Shown here piece after piece: positions 11,076 through 21,736 of a stretch of 64,000 bases of DNA. This DNA is from an uncultured Alphaproteobacteria bacterium (GTDB lineage Bacteria; Pseudomonadota; Alphaproteobacteria; CAAHEQ01; UBA3637). The stretch spans positions 182,201 to 246,200 of the forward strand of contig CALXXW010000013.1 in NCBI GenBank assembly GCA_944392785.1, given 5' to 3'. Under the pieces are notes generated by a model, which did not search any database, was not told the origin of the DNA, and saw only the letters and a list, made by a program, of their open reading frames with translations. A program made the translations under genes and the position numbers. Each line of letters opens with the position of its first letter. Position 1 is the first letter of the stretch.

Positions 11076-11441
11076 TTAAACCGTACGGCCATAAATATCT
11101 TCATAACGAATGATATCGCTTTCATCCAGAGTTTGCCCTGTTTGCACTTCGATAAATGTCATGGGGACATCTGTGCGATTGGCGATACGATGTTTTTGCG
11201 CGATATCAATAAAAATATGTGTATTAGCCGGTGCTGACCAGATACGCTCTTCTAAGGTAATTTCTGCCGTTCCCGAAGCAATAATCCAATGTTCCGAGCG
11301 AAAACGATGCGACTGCAGTGACAAGACTCCCTTGGGATGAACAACGATTTTTTTGACAATGTAGGTTTCCCCAACGGCAATAACCTCCCATGTTCCCCAA
11401 GGACGTGTATCTTTATCTCCCACCTGATATGAAATAGCCAT
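11076..11441 (-). CDS. cupin domain protein (mannose-6-phosphate isomerase type II C-terminal-like)
   Basis: 121 aa with the double-stranded beta-helix motifs G..H.H....E and H...N. Confidence 0.6.
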   Translation of the reverse strand: MAISYQVGDKDTRPWGTWEVIAVGETYIVKKIVVHPKGVLSLQSHRFRSEHWIIASGTAEITLEERIWSAPANTHIFIDIAQKHRIANRTDVPMTFIEVQTGQTLDESDIIRYEDIYGRTV

Positions 11442-11474
11442 TTTGTATTTTCTCCTTTCAAATATAATAATCGA

Positions 11475-12014
11475 CTAAAGTCCCAACAAAGCACCGACAA
11501 CGCCGGCACCCAAAATATAAACCATCGGATTGAGTTTGAACATTAAGGAAATACCCAGACATCCCAAAAAAACAAGCACCGCACGCACATCGAAAGAAAC
11601 AACGTTATTTTTTGTAAAAACCAACAGGATAAAAGAGCAAAACACACCTATCATCAATCCGGCAACAGCGGCTTTAACTCCCGCAAAAACAGATATCGTC
11701 ACGGGATGCTCCTTTAATTTCGGCAGGACTTGCGACAGTAAAATAATCATCAAGATAGAAGGGGTAATAATTCCTAACGTTGCCGTTATAGCGGCCGGGA
11801 TTCCGGCTAACACGAACCCCGTATATGTGGCCATATTGACACCAAGAGCACCCGGCGTCATCTCAGCCAAGGCAACGATATTAGCCACATCAGCCGCCTG
11901 AATAACGGGATAAATCGTTGTCAATTCTTGCAAAAAAGGAATGATGGCCATACCACCGCCCATGACAAAAGCTCCCATATAGAAAAAACGCAAAAATAAA
12001 GCCAGATAAATCAT
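11475..12014 (-). CDS. chrA: chromate transporter ChrA-family half protein (SCHR)
   Basis: About 180-aa polytopic membrane protein with CHR-domain motifs (GGGMAIIP, GPGALG-like). The start ATG overlaps the upstream partner's stop as ATGA. Confidence 0.75.
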   Translation of the reverse strand: MIYLALFLRFFYMGAFVMGGGMAIIPFLQELTTIYPVIQAADVANIVALAEMTPGALGVNMATYTGFVLAGIPAAITATLGIITPSILMIILLSQVLPKLKEHPVTISVFAGVKAAVAGLMIGVFCSFILLVFTKNNVVSFDVRAVLVFLGCLGISLMFKLNPMVYILGAGVVGALLGL

Positions 12015-12550
12015 CTTAATTCTCTTTTCAATACAATCAGGTGCAAAGCCCCCAACATACCGGCTCCCACAATCGCCCAAATAGGAGATATCCCCAAAAC
12101 GTATAGCATAAATGTCGCACAAGCAATCAACCCCGTCAATAAGGAGGAAGCCGACGCTTTAATCAGTCGAGCGGCCATGGTCAAAATCAAAACAGCCGCG
12201 CCTATTCGAATACCGATCAAGGCGCTCATCATGAAGGGATGGTCGACCATTTGCTGCACAAAATGAGCCAATAGAATAATAACAACAACTGCCGGCAGTA
12301 TCAATCCCAGGGTTGCGATAACCGCCCCCCACGCTCCGGCACGTTTATACCCGATGAACGCCGTCAAATTAACGGATATAATACCGGGCAAACTTTGGCT
12401 TAAGGCATAATACTCGGACAATTCCTCCGCTTTCAGCCATTTTTTGCGAACGACACACCAGTCATACAAAAAAGCCATAATGGTATATCCGCCCCCAAAA
12501 GCAAACAAACCGATTTTGACACACGTATAAAACAAATCCCAATAAATCAT
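12011..12550 (-). CDS. chrA: chromate transporter ChrA-family half protein (SCHR)
   Basis: 179-aa membrane protein with the CHR motif FGGGYTIMAF. Forms a translationally coupled two-gene short-chain CHR pair. Confidence 0.75.
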   Translation of the reverse strand: MIYWDLFYTCVKIGLFAFGGGYTIMAFLYDWCVVRKKWLKAEELSEYYALSQSLPGIISVNLTAFIGYKRAGAWGAVIATLGLILPAVVVIILLAHFVQQMVDHPFMMSALIGIRIGAAVLILTMAARLIKASASSLLTGLIACATFMLYVLGISPIWAIVGAGMLGALHLIVLKRELR

Positions 12551-12695
12551 GTTTTCAATATAAAGGTTATTTTTAAATTTTTTATTAATGTTTTAAGAAA
12601 GATACCAAAAAAAAGCCTATAAAACCACTTTATACTTGAATTCCGGCAGAATGCGTTTTAAAGTAAGTATGCTGGAATGAAAAAATGAGGCTGAC

Positions 12696-14090
12696 ATGCT
12701 CTATTGGGGATTATTTTTATCTTTTGCCATATCTGTTCTGATTTATGCGTTTTATCCGTTCGGAGATAAGTTAAATGTCGAACGCCATCAAGCCGAAGCT
12801 TTAATCACAGCTTTTATCAATCAACACCAGGCCGCCAAAAATTATCTGGTACATGCGTTGCGGCTGCCGCCTCTCAACAACACCGGCATTGATGAAGGCT
12901 CCGAAGGTGTTGCCCTCTTTCCTCAAGAGCTGGATGATTTTATTCCGCCTTACATGGAAAGTGATCTATATCAGATTCAGGATAATAACGGAGAATTAAG
13001 AACGGCGTTGAATCCCGATCCGCAGAACAGCAACTATGTCGGAGGGGCTTTTTCCTCGGCTTTGATTTGTGTGAAACGCGATGACAGTAGCTTATCGCTC
13101 ATTCCGGATTACCACCTGACAAGTTGCCTAGACGGCTTGGCAGATCACCAATATATCATTACATACGGAGCTCGCCCCGAATGGTGGGACAATCAGACAT
13201 CCATCGAAATGAAAGGAACTTGGCGACATGCTGTTGCACGTATGACACATAATGCACCTAATTGCGGCACATTATTACATGATCCTAAAAACGGACAAAA
13301 AAACGGAGAACCCGTTTATTCTTTGGATAACGGGTATCGTATTTCGGTTGATATTGTCAACCCTCTGGTCACCCAAACACTTAAAAAAGCCGGTGTAAGC
13401 GGTGATTACATACATGACGATCTGATTGATTTATTCTTTTGCATTTCAGCCTATGGCGATCTTTATGTCCCGGGCGCTCTGTATCACTATGATGCAAACA
13501 GTAATACCCGAGAAGGATACAGTGAAACAGCCTCCCGTTGGACAAACTTGGGAACTGTTGGCGGAACATTATCGGCCCGTGTCGATAAACAGGGTTTACA
13601 ACCGACCTCCCGCCTAGATACGGGAATAACACTTAACCCCTATACAAACTATACCTTGACTCTGGTCATGCGCACAACGGATACACAAAACAACAAAACA
13701 TTAACCAGTGGTTTTCCAATCTTAACGACCGACAATCAGACGGATTTATACATTGCCGGACAGACAATTAACATGACCACGGCATCCTCTCGCCGAAACG
13801 ATATGGTGTCCATAACCTATGTCAATGACATAACAACGGGAGAAGGACGTCTCTATGTCAACGGGGAACCGGTTAAAACATTGACGGGAACAGAGCGAAC
13901 GGCTATCAGCGGGACTCTGTTCTTAGAGGCAACGAACACGCGCTTCTTCAACATCAAGTATTATGACACCGTTTTAGAAGAAGACTTTGTCTGGCAGAAT
14001 TATAAATGGGACAAACGCCGCTACAACATTCGCTTTAAAAATAAACGTAAAGTGGAGTATATTCACCGCAATCCCAATGACAAAGCTTAA
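12696..14090 (+). CDS. hypothetical membrane-anchored protein with C-terminal concanavalin-A/LamG-like lectin domain
   Basis: 464 aa. A 22-aa N-terminal hydrophobic segment is followed by an amphipathic, pilin-like helix. The C-terminal beta-rich region carries RLYVNGEPV and GTLFLEA motifs typical of LamG jelly-rolls. Confidence 0.6.
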   Translation: MLYWGLFLSFAISVLIYAFYPFGDKLNVERHQAEALITAFINQHQAAKNYLVHALRLPPLNNTGIDEGSEGVALFPQELDDFIPPYMESDLYQIQDNNGELRTALNPDPQNSNYVGGAFSSALICVKRDDSSLSLIPDYHLTSCLDGLADHQYIITYGARPEWWDNQTSIEMKGTWRHAVARMTHNAPNCGTLLHDPKNGQKNGEPVYSLDNGYRISVDIVNPLVTQTLKKAGVSGDYIHDDLIDLFFCISAYGDLYVPGALYHYDANSNTREGYSETASRWTNLGTVGGTLSARVDKQGLQPTSRLDTGITLNPYTNYTLTLVMRTTDTQNNKTLTSGFPILTTDNQTDLYIAGQTINMTTASSRRNDMVSITYVNDITTGEGRLYVNGEPVKTLTGTERTAISGTLFLEATNTRFFNIKYYDTVLEEDFVWQNYKWDKRRYNIRFKNKRKVEYIHRNPNDKA

Positions 14091-14149
14091 GTTGGGTTGA
14101 AAAAAATAATGACCTATCGTATAATCAAGAAATAAGGAGACGATACAAA

Positions 14150-16111
14150 ATGATAAGAGATACAAATGAGCGCGGAGCAATCATGCTAGAGGTTATTGCC
14201 GTCTTGGCTTTAATTGGCGCAATGGGAACCCTGCTTTTTCGTCAAGTGTTGATGCGCAATCAAGAAGTCGACAATGTTAATATGGCAACCGAAGCACGTA
14301 TCATGAAGGAAAGTACTTTGGCCTATATTCAGGCTGATCGCGCTCTTTTACTTCAAAATACGACCTTAAATCCTCCTGACGGAAACGGGGGTTGTATCGT
14401 TCCCAACCAAGATGACGTTGCCGCCTTTATCCCGGACGGATATGTTGAGCTCAATTCGAGCGATCAATTCGAAGGCATTATAGATTACTACAACATCACG
14501 CTCTGTTCGTATAAGCCAACAGATGAAACGGAACCCGTTATGTATGGAATCATCGTTCCCAAAGCAGAACTCTTACCCTCGGAAATGAACCTAAAACGCG
14601 CTTCACGCGTGGCTGCTCTGATCGGATCGGGTGGTGGTGTTTGGCCCAGTCAAAACGAAGAACTCAGCGGAACGATGGGAGGCTGGCATTTACCGCCGGA
14701 TGGTCTGACTTATCCCGGCACTCCGACGTTTGTCGCTATTACGGGAATGGATATTTTTGTACCGGAACCGGAAAATTTACAGCAGTTAACAACGCTTAAA
14801 TTACAGCTGGATGATGATGCCAAGTTCACAAATTTACATGCCTCTGATTTCTTGTCCGTGGGCGCGGCAACCAATAATTGTTTTCGCAATGTGGGGACCG
14901 TCGATAAGCCCGAGTATGAAATCTTGCGCCCGGGGCAACGCAACAGCGATACAGGAGATATTTGTGATCCTCTCTTTTGGGTGGGAACGGTCGGAGCAAA
15001 CACAACCGAAGACCACTCAATACACGGACATGTCTATGCGAAACAAAACATGTATATCGGGCGAAAAAATCAAGCCAATATCCACGCTATTGCCTTAGAA
15101 AATGAAACGGCTAAAGGCGGACGCATTACCGTTTTTGATGATACAGGACGACAACGTTTGGTTATTGATGGCTCCGGCCGTCTGTTGGGCGGTATAGCCG
15201 CTAACACATCCGATATAGAAGATGACAGAAATGCCACTTTGATTCTAAAGCCCGGTAATTTACAGGATAACCTCAGTAAAGAATCCGCCAGTTTGACATT
15301 GCGCAGTTCAGATGAACAGGATGATTTGGAAATCAAAGACGGTCGCATTGTTGTGGCTCGTCAAACGCCCGATAAACTGGCCGAAAGTGCCACAACATCC
15401 TATCAACTGGATCCGGCCCATACATCGGTTGTCAACGAAATTCGGTTGGCTGCTCGAGGCGGTGCTCGTCTGAGCGATTTATTACCCAATTACATTTCTA
15501 AAACTATGGAAGCCATCACATCCAGCGGAACGGGTGCGTATTCCGAGCACACTCAAGCCGTCCCGACCTGTCCGAAAGGATATACGGCAGCCCTTATGGT
15601 CACACCGACACGTTGGGACACATCTCGTTTATCCGAGATTGATATTTCACATCAACGACGTTTAAATATCGATAATTTCTTTGTCAATGCTCCCGCAGAC
15701 GGAGGAACGGCTTATTTAAAGCGGCAGTCTGATGATAATAATGACCTGATAGATGAAGAAATCATCATCAAAAAAGAAGATAAGCGAGCCGATGACACAA
15801 CGCCCAAAATCAAAATGGAAAAAGCGCGCCTGGCTATTATGATTGATGAGGAAGATCCTCAAAACACGGCCGCTTTGGATACACAAAAGACCGGCTCTTC
15901 TTGGACCATTCGAATGGGTTATGTTGATGATAACAACCAATGGAGCGGCTCGGTGCAAGACACCATATCCGCCGTTGTTCAAACTTTCTGTGTCTATGAT
16001 CCGACCGCACATGAAGGAAATGCCAATCGCATTCCTTGTCCGGAACGTAAGACCGGTAGCCTTTGTCCCGCCGGCTGTCATGAAGATAACGGCATTTGCT
16101 ATAAGGATTAA
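14150..16111 (+). CDS. large type IV pilin-like protein (prepilin-type N-terminal cleavage/methylation motif)
   Basis: 653 aa with an AAGGAGA RBS. The leader MIRDTNERG is followed by AIMLEVIAVLALIGAMGTLLF (G at -1, E at +5). The C-terminus has a Cys-rich disulfide region. Confidence 0.6.
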   Translation: MIRDTNERGAIMLEVIAVLALIGAMGTLLFRQVLMRNQEVDNVNMATEARIMKESTLAYIQADRALLLQNTTLNPPDGNGGCIVPNQDDVAAFIPDGYVELNSSDQFEGIIDYYNITLCSYKPTDETEPVMYGIIVPKAELLPSEMNLKRASRVAALIGSGGGVWPSQNEELSGTMGGWHLPPDGLTYPGTPTFVAITGMDIFVPEPENLQQLTTLKLQLDDDAKFTNLHASDFLSVGAATNNCFRNVGTVDKPEYEILRPGQRNSDTGDICDPLFWVGTVGANTTEDHSIHGHVYAKQNMYIGRKNQANIHAIALENETAKGGRITVFDDTGRQRLVIDGSGRLLGGIAANTSDIEDDRNATLILKPGNLQDNLSKESASLTLRSSDEQDDLEIKDGRIVVARQTPDKLAESATTSYQLDPAHTSVVNEIRLAARGGARLSDLLPNYISKTMEAITSSGTGAYSEHTQAVPTCPKGYTAALMVTPTRWDTSRLSEIDISHQRRLNIDNFFVNAPADGGTAYLKRQSDDNNDLIDEEIIIKKEDKRADDTTPKIKMEKARLAIMIDEEDPQNTAALDTQKTGSSWTIRMGYVDDNNQWSGSVQDTISAVVQTFCVYDPTAHEGNANRIPCPERKTGSLCPAGCHEDNGICYKD

Positions 16112-16129
16112 ATAAGAGGATATGTCTTT

Positions 16130-16160
16130 TAAAAAGCCACATAATGTGTGGCTTTTTTAT
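16130..16160. terminator. bidirectional terminator between the pilin-like operon and prfC
   Basis: Hairpin AAAGCCACA-taat-GTGTGGCTTT flanked by A- and T-runs. Confidence 0.65.
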
Positions 16161-16228
16161 CAGAAAGATAACTCCCCCTCTTTATCAGAGAGATGGTTTT
16201 CCCACTTGATCGTTTTTCCGAAATCGTT

Positions 16229-17812
16229 TTATTCCTTAATTTTTAGGAATGAGATTTTGGGAAAATCTTCAATTGCTTTATTCAAATGCCAGGCATTACG
16301 AGTCAAAAAGACCGGTGCACCATCATGATCCACGGCCATCGTTGCATGATTAAGGGCGATAAATTTATCTATATCAGCCTTTTCCCCCGCTATCCAACGC
16401 GCCGTAAAGTAAGTTGTTGGTTCAAAAATAACCGGCACATCAAACTCCGTTCGAATCCGATCGGCCAATACTTCAAACTGTAAAGCCCCCACAACACCGA
16501 CAATCCAATCCGAACCGACGGTCGGTTTAAAAACACTGGCGCCCCCTTCTTCAGCTATTTGCTCCAGAGCTTTACTCAGATGCTTGGCCTTTAATGGGTC
16601 AACCGCCCTGACTTTTTGCAACAGCTCCGGCGCAAAAGAAGGTATCCCCTTAAACATCAAAGACTCCCCTTCGGTAAAGGTATCTCCAATGCGAATACCG
16701 CCATGGCTGGGCAATCCAATAATATCACCGGCATAGGCCTCTTCGGCCAATTCGCGATCTTGAGCCAAAAACATGACCGGGTTATGAATAATCATCTGTT
16801 TTTGCGTGCGTTGATGCCACAATTTCATGCCACGTTTGAAGTGCCCTGAACAAACACGCATAAACGCAATTCTATCCCTATGCTTCGGATCCATATTCGC
16901 TTGAATTTTAAAAACAAACCCCGTGACTTTTTCTTCATCCGGTTTCACAGAACGTGTCACCGTCGTTTGCGGTCGCGGGGAAGGAGCAAAGGAGACAAGA
17001 GCATCCAAAAGCTCTCTCACCCCAAAATTATGAATGGCCGAACCAAAGAAGACAGGTGTTTGATATCCCTCTAAATAAGCCGTCTCATCAAAAGGCTTAC
17101 ACAGCGCCCGTACCATTTCCACGCCTTCACGCAAATTTTTCACCAAATCGCTCGGCAATAGCGCATCCAAACGCGCATCATCAATTCCTTCAATGATTTC
17201 TCCGATAGCGGGCAAAGCTCCTTTGTCTGTTTTTTCGAATAAATTCAATCGATCTTGACGCAAATCAAAACATCCCTTAAAGTCTCGCCCCATACCAATC
17301 GGCCACGCACAAGGAGACACCTCTAAAGCCAAAGTTTGCTCAATTTCCTCCAGCAGCGCAAAAGGATCTTGACCATCTCGATCTAACTTATTGATAAATG
17401 TCACAATCGGAATATCACGTAGTCGGCATACCTCAAAGAGCTTTTTCGTTTGAGCCTCAATCCCTTTGGCGCAATCAATAACCATCACCACTGAATCAAC
17501 GGCTGTCAAAACACGATAAGTGTCCTCAGAGAAATCCTCATGTCCCGGTGTATCCAAAAGATTAAACGAACACCCGCCATATTCAAAACTCATCACGGAC
17601 GAAGCCACCGATATACCACGCTCTTGCTCGACCTTCATCCAATCGGATCGAGCCCGTCGATTTTCCCCGCGTGCCTTAACCGCGCCAGCTTGATTAATGG
17701 CTCCGCCAAAGAGCAACAACTTTTCCGTTAACGTCGTTTTACCGGCATCCGGATGCGAAATAATGGCAAATGTTCGGCGCTTTTGGGCTATTTTTTTTAA
17801 CATCTCAGACAT
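16229..17812 (-). CDS. prfC: peptide chain release factor 3
   Basis: 527 aa. N-terminus RRTFAIISHPDAGKTTLTEKLLLFGGAI, which is the RF3-specific G-domain. Confidence 0.92.
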   Translation of the reverse strand: MSEMLKKIAQKRRTFAIISHPDAGKTTLTEKLLLFGGAINQAGAVKARGENRRARSDWMKVEQERGISVASSVMSFEYGGCSFNLLDTPGHEDFSEDTYRVLTAVDSVVMVIDCAKGIEAQTKKLFEVCRLRDIPIVTFINKLDRDGQDPFALLEEIEQTLALEVSPCAWPIGMGRDFKGCFDLRQDRLNLFEKTDKGALPAIGEIIEGIDDARLDALLPSDLVKNLREGVEMVRALCKPFDETAYLEGYQTPVFFGSAIHNFGVRELLDALVSFAPSPRPQTTVTRSVKPDEEKVTGFVFKIQANMDPKHRDRIAFMRVCSGHFKRGMKLWHQRTQKQMIIHNPVMFLAQDRELAEEAYAGDIIGLPSHGGIRIGDTFTEGESLMFKGIPSFAPELLQKVRAVDPLKAKHLSKALEQIAEEGGASVFKPTVGSDWIVGVVGALQFEVLADRIRTEFDVPVIFEPTTYFTARWIAGEKADIDKFIALNHATMAVDHDGAPVFLTRNAWHLNKAIEDFPKISFLKIKE

Positions 17813-17941
17813 GAATGATACCTTATTCTTTCCATAAAAAGTGGCATGAGTATATCAAAGCTTGTAAAAAAAATCAATGTTTTTTCATAAAATGCTTTCT
17901 TTTTGGAGCAAAATATGTTATACAATCTTGTCTATCAGGAT

Positions 17942-18025
17942 GCGGGCGTGGTGGAATGGTAGACACGACGGTCTTAGAAGCCGTTGCCGAAAGGCGTGGG
18001 AGTTCAAGTCTCTTCGCCCGCACCA
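17942..18025 (+). tRNA. tRNA-Leu (anticodon TAG)
   Basis: Class II tRNA with a long variable arm. Anticodon loop is CTTAGAA, acceptor is GCGGGCG/CGCCCGC, and CCA is encoded. Confidence 0.85.
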
Positions 18026-18061
18026 ATTCGAAAGGTCTCTGACCGCTATATAATATAAGGA

Positions 18062-19381
18062 ATGGAAATGACAAAATCTAAATTAGCTCATGAATTACAT
18101 GTTAAAATTCCGGCAGTTGAGTTTGCTGCCAAGATGGATGCTAAACTGGCCGAAATACAAAAAGAAGCCAAAATTCAAGGCTTCCGACCGGGTCAAGCCC
18201 CGATGAATCTGATTAAATCTAAGTATGAGAGCGCCGTTAAGGGCGAAGTGTTGGACGCTATCGTCAACGAGTATATAACTAAGACGTTTCATGAAAACAA
18301 AATCCGTCCTGCTTTGCGTCCTCAAGTCGAATTGACCGTTTTTGAAGACGGTAAAGATATTGAGTTCAAAGTTAATGTTGAGGCTCTTCCGACAATCAAA
18401 CCGGCCGAATTAAAAGATTTAGAAATTCAAAAATTGGTTGCAGATGTCACGGATGATGATGTCGGCAAAGCGTTGGATAAATTAGCGGCTTCCAGAAAAA
18501 CAACCGAAGTCATCAACGAAAAACGTCCAACGAAAGAAGGAGATGTTGTTGTCATTGATTTTGTCGGTTCCATTGACGGGAAAGAATTTCGGGGCGGCAA
18601 AGGAAATGATTATTACCTAGCTTTGGGTTCAAACACTTTTATCCCCGGATTTGAAGCTCAGTTGGTTGGAAAAAACATCGGGGATCATGTAGATGTTTCC
18701 GTGACCTTCCCGGATAACTATCATGCCAAAGAACTTGCCGGCAAACAGGCTTTGTTCAAAGTTGTTTTAAAAGAATTACGTCAGTTTAAAACTCCGGAAA
18801 TCAATGACGATTTTGCCAAACAATTCGGCGCGGATGGCTTAGAAAAATTAAAAGGAATGATCCGTGACGAGCTGGACAAAGAATATAAAACCATTGCTCG
18901 TCAACATGCAAAACGTGCCCTACTGGACGTCTTAGCCGAGAAACATTCGTTTGAAGTCCCTGAAGGAATGGTGAATTTAGAATTTGATGCCATCTGGAAA
19001 CAGTTCGAAGATGCCAAAAAAGCAAATCAGTTGGACGAAGACGAAAAGAAAAAATCAGATGATGAATTGAAAAAAGAATACCGTGCCATTGCTGAACGTC
19101 GTGTACGTCTGGGACTTTTGTTGGCTGAAATAGCCAATGAACACAAAATTGTCTTGACTCAGGACGATTTAACCAACGCTATTATGGCCGAAGCACGTCG
19201 CCTGCCCGGACAAGAGAAAATGGTATTCGAATACTATCAAAAAAATCCTAAGGCCTTAGATGCCTTGCGAGCCCCCTTGTTCGAAGAAAAAGTCGTTGAC
19301 TTCATCTTGGGCGTTGTCAAGTCCACCGAAAAGAAGCTGTCCGCAGAAGAGCTTTACGCTTATAACCCGGACAAAAAATAA
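18062..19381 (+). CDS. tig: trigger factor
   Basis: 439 aa with an FKBP-type PPIase middle domain (VVVIDFVGSIDGKEFRGG). Confidence 0.9.
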   Translation: MEMTKSKLAHELHVKIPAVEFAAKMDAKLAEIQKEAKIQGFRPGQAPMNLIKSKYESAVKGEVLDAIVNEYITKTFHENKIRPALRPQVELTVFEDGKDIEFKVNVEALPTIKPAELKDLEIQKLVADVTDDDVGKALDKLAASRKTTEVINEKRPTKEGDVVVIDFVGSIDGKEFRGGKGNDYYLALGSNTFIPGFEAQLVGKNIGDHVDVSVTFPDNYHAKELAGKQALFKVVLKELRQFKTPEINDDFAKQFGADGLEKLKGMIRDELDKEYKTIARQHAKRALLDVLAEKHSFEVPEGMVNLEFDAIWKQFEDAKKANQLDEDEKKKSDDELKKEYRAIAERRVRLGLLLAEIANEHKIVLTQDDLTNAIMAEARRLPGQEKMVFEYYQKNPKALDALRAPLFEEKVVDFILGVVKSTEKKLSAEELYAYNPDKK

Positions 19382-19468
19382 GGAATCGGGTGAATGTCGA
19401 AACAGCTGTCTTTTAACACATACATGCCTAGGTACTTTTCGGCATTGACGGGGACAAAAGAAGTCTTG

Positions 19469-19497
19469 TTTGACGTTCATCCTATCCATTCCTACTA
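19469..19497 (+). promoter_or_regulatory. putative sigma70 promoter in the tig-clpP spacer
   Basis: TTGACG-N17-TACTAT about 260 nt upstream of clpP. CTTG and CCATTCCT elements nearby could alternatively form a sigma32-type promoter. Confidence 0.35.
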
Positions 19498-19755
19498 TAA
19501 AAGGCTTATATCCTTACTTCGGGGTTATTTGAGAGAGAAGGATGTCTTTCTGTTGAAAAAGACTCGGTCAGATAATGATCGAGTGCTTTTTCTTTTTTCG
19601 AAAATCTATGGAATCCTCTTTTACTTTAACTTCCATATGAATTCGCTTCTCTTTTTGAATAAAAAGGTTATACCATCGCAATGCCCTATCCCGCACAGGG
19701 GTGTGTATTATTTATAAGACAAGCCTCTTGAGGCACAACAACAAGGAGAGATAAA

Positions 19756-20364
19756 ATGCAGATTTTTGATAATACCTTAGTTCCAACCGTCATCGAACAA
19801 AGCGGCCGTGGAGAACGCGCTTTCGATATTTATTCGCGTTTGTTGAAGGAACGTATTGTCTTTTTAACCGGGGCCGTCAATGATGAGGTCGCCAGTCTGA
19901 TTTGTGCTCAACTGTTGTTTTTAGAGGCAGAAAATCCGACAAAAGAAATCTCTTTTTATATCAACTCCCCAGGCGGTGTTGTCACGTCCGGATTAGCCAT
20001 TTTGGACACAATGAATTATATTCGTTGCCCTGTTTCAACCGTTGTTATGGGGCAAGCGGCCAGCATGGGCAGCTTATTGCTGACATGTGGGGAAAAAGGA
20101 CGACGCTTTGCTCTGCCTAATGCACGCGTTATGATCCATCAACCCTCCGGTGGTTTCAGCGGACAAGCAACCGATATGGAAATTCACGTACGTGAAATTC
20201 TATCTATCAAACGACGTCTCAATCAAATTTACGTCGAACGGACAGGACAAACGCTCGAAACCATTGAAGCCGCTATGGAACGCGACAACTTTATGACAGC
20301 AGAAGAAGCAAAATCTTTTGGCCTAATCGATGAAGTTATTACGCAAAAACAAACTGAAAAATAG
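19756..20364 (+). CDS. clpP: ATP-dependent Clp protease proteolytic subunit
   Basis: 202 aa with catalytic Ser in GQAASMGS and His in VMIHQP. Confidence 0.95.
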   Translation: MQIFDNTLVPTVIEQSGRGERAFDIYSRLLKERIVFLTGAVNDEVASLICAQLLFLEAENPTKEISFYINSPGGVVTSGLAILDTMNYIRCPVSTVVMGQAASMGSLLLTCGEKGRRFALPNARVMIHQPSGGFSGQATDMEIHVREILSIKRRLNQIYVERTGQTLETIEAAMERDNFMTAEEAKSFGLIDEVITQKQTEK

Positions 20365-20373
20365 GAGATTTCC

Positions 20374-21657
20374 ATGTCAACAGATAATAAAAACAACGGC
20401 CTTATTTGCTCATTTTGCGGAAAAACACAAAACGAAGTGCGTAAGCTCATTTCCGGACGCTCTTTAACGTCATCTGGCGGTAAGATGGAAATGGTCTTTA
20501 TTTGCGATGAATGTATCGAGCTCTGCAACAGCGTCATTCAAGATGAATTTCAAAAAAAGGATATCCCAGCGTCTGCCGAACAACTCACATTAAAAACACC
20601 GCAGGAAATCAATGCAGTTCTAGATCAATACGTTATCGGACAGGAACGGGCTAAAAAAGTCCTTTCCGTAGCTGTCTACAACCATTATAAACGTTTAAAT
20701 GCCAAGGTTAATTCTGCCGATGTAGAGATTGAAAAATCCAATATCCTGCTTTTAGGCCCGACAGGTTGTGGCAAAACACTGCTGGCTAAAACACTGGCCA
20801 GAATTCTGGATGTCCCTTTTGCCATTGCTGACGCTACGACTTTGACAGAGGCCGGATATGTCGGTGAAGACGTGGAAAATGTGGTGTTAAAGCTCTTACA
20901 AAATGCCAATTATGATGTCAAAAAGGCCGAACGCGGCATTATTTATATTGATGAAATTGATAAAATTTCGCGTAAATCCGATGGCCCCTCCGTGACACGA
21001 GATGTTTCGGGTGAAGGTGTTCAACAGGCCCTATTAAAATTGATGGAGGGAACGGTAGCCTCCCTTCCTCCCCAAGGCGGGCGTAAGCACCCCAACCAGG
21101 AATATATTCAGGTAAATACTCAAAATATCTTATTTATCTGTGGCGGTGCTTTTGCCGGTCTGGACAAAGTTATCGCACAACGCGATACAGCTTATTCGGT
21201 TGGCTTTGGGGCAACCGTAAAAGATAAGTCAACACTAAAGACCGGAGAGTTATTGGCAAAGGTGGAACCCGAGGATTTATTACATTACGGTCTCATCCCG
21301 GAATTTATCGGACGTTTGCCCATGATTGTATCCCTGGAAGATTTGGATGAAAAAGCTTTGATTCAAATTTTAACAGCTCCCAAAAATGCCCTTGTCAAAC
21401 AATATCAGGCTCTCTTTCAAATGGAGGGGGTTCAACTGACTTTGACCGATGAAGCGCTTGTTGCCATTGCAAAGCAGGCTCTTGAACGTAAAACAGGGGC
21501 GCGAGGCTTACGCTCTATCATGGAAAATGTCTTGATGGATGTGATGTATGACTTACCGACCATGGCTCACTTAAAGGAAGTTCTTATCGGTGCTGACGTT
21601 ATCACGGACGGAGCAAAACCTACTTTTGTCTTTGAAGAGTCTTTAAAGTCAGCTTAA
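20374..21657 (+). CDS. clpX: ATP-dependent Clp protease ATP-binding subunit ClpX
   Basis: 427 aa with an N-terminal C4 zinc finger (CSFCGK...CDEC), Walker A GPTGCGKT and the GYVG pore loop. Confidence 0.95.
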   Translation: MSTDNKNNGLICSFCGKTQNEVRKLISGRSLTSSGGKMEMVFICDECIELCNSVIQDEFQKKDIPASAEQLTLKTPQEINAVLDQYVIGQERAKKVLSVAVYNHYKRLNAKVNSADVEIEKSNILLLGPTGCGKTLLAKTLARILDVPFAIADATTLTEAGYVGEDVENVVLKLLQNANYDVKKAERGIIYIDEIDKISRKSDGPSVTRDVSGEGVQQALLKLMEGTVASLPPQGGRKHPNQEYIQVNTQNILFICGGAFAGLDKVIAQRDTAYSVGFGATVKDKSTLKTGELLAKVEPEDLLHYGLIPEFIGRLPMIVSLEDLDEKALIQILTAPKNALVKQYQALFQMEGVQLTLTDEALVAIAKQALERKTGARGLRSIMENVLMDVMYDLPTMAHLKEVLIGADVITDGAKPTFVFEESLKSA

Positions 21658-21736
21658 GGCACTAAATTATCCTTGTCAAAAAAGGCTTTTCGGAATATAA
21701 TAGAAGATAGGAAAATCTTGTCTGGGGAGAAGTTAT

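Noticed and set aside
19394-19717. 107-aa ORF filling the tig-clpP intergenic region
   Set aside because: The region is AT-rich with no RBS and contains a good TTGACG-N17-TACTAT promoter and heat-shock-like elements. It is more likely the clpP 5' leader or regulatory region than a gene.
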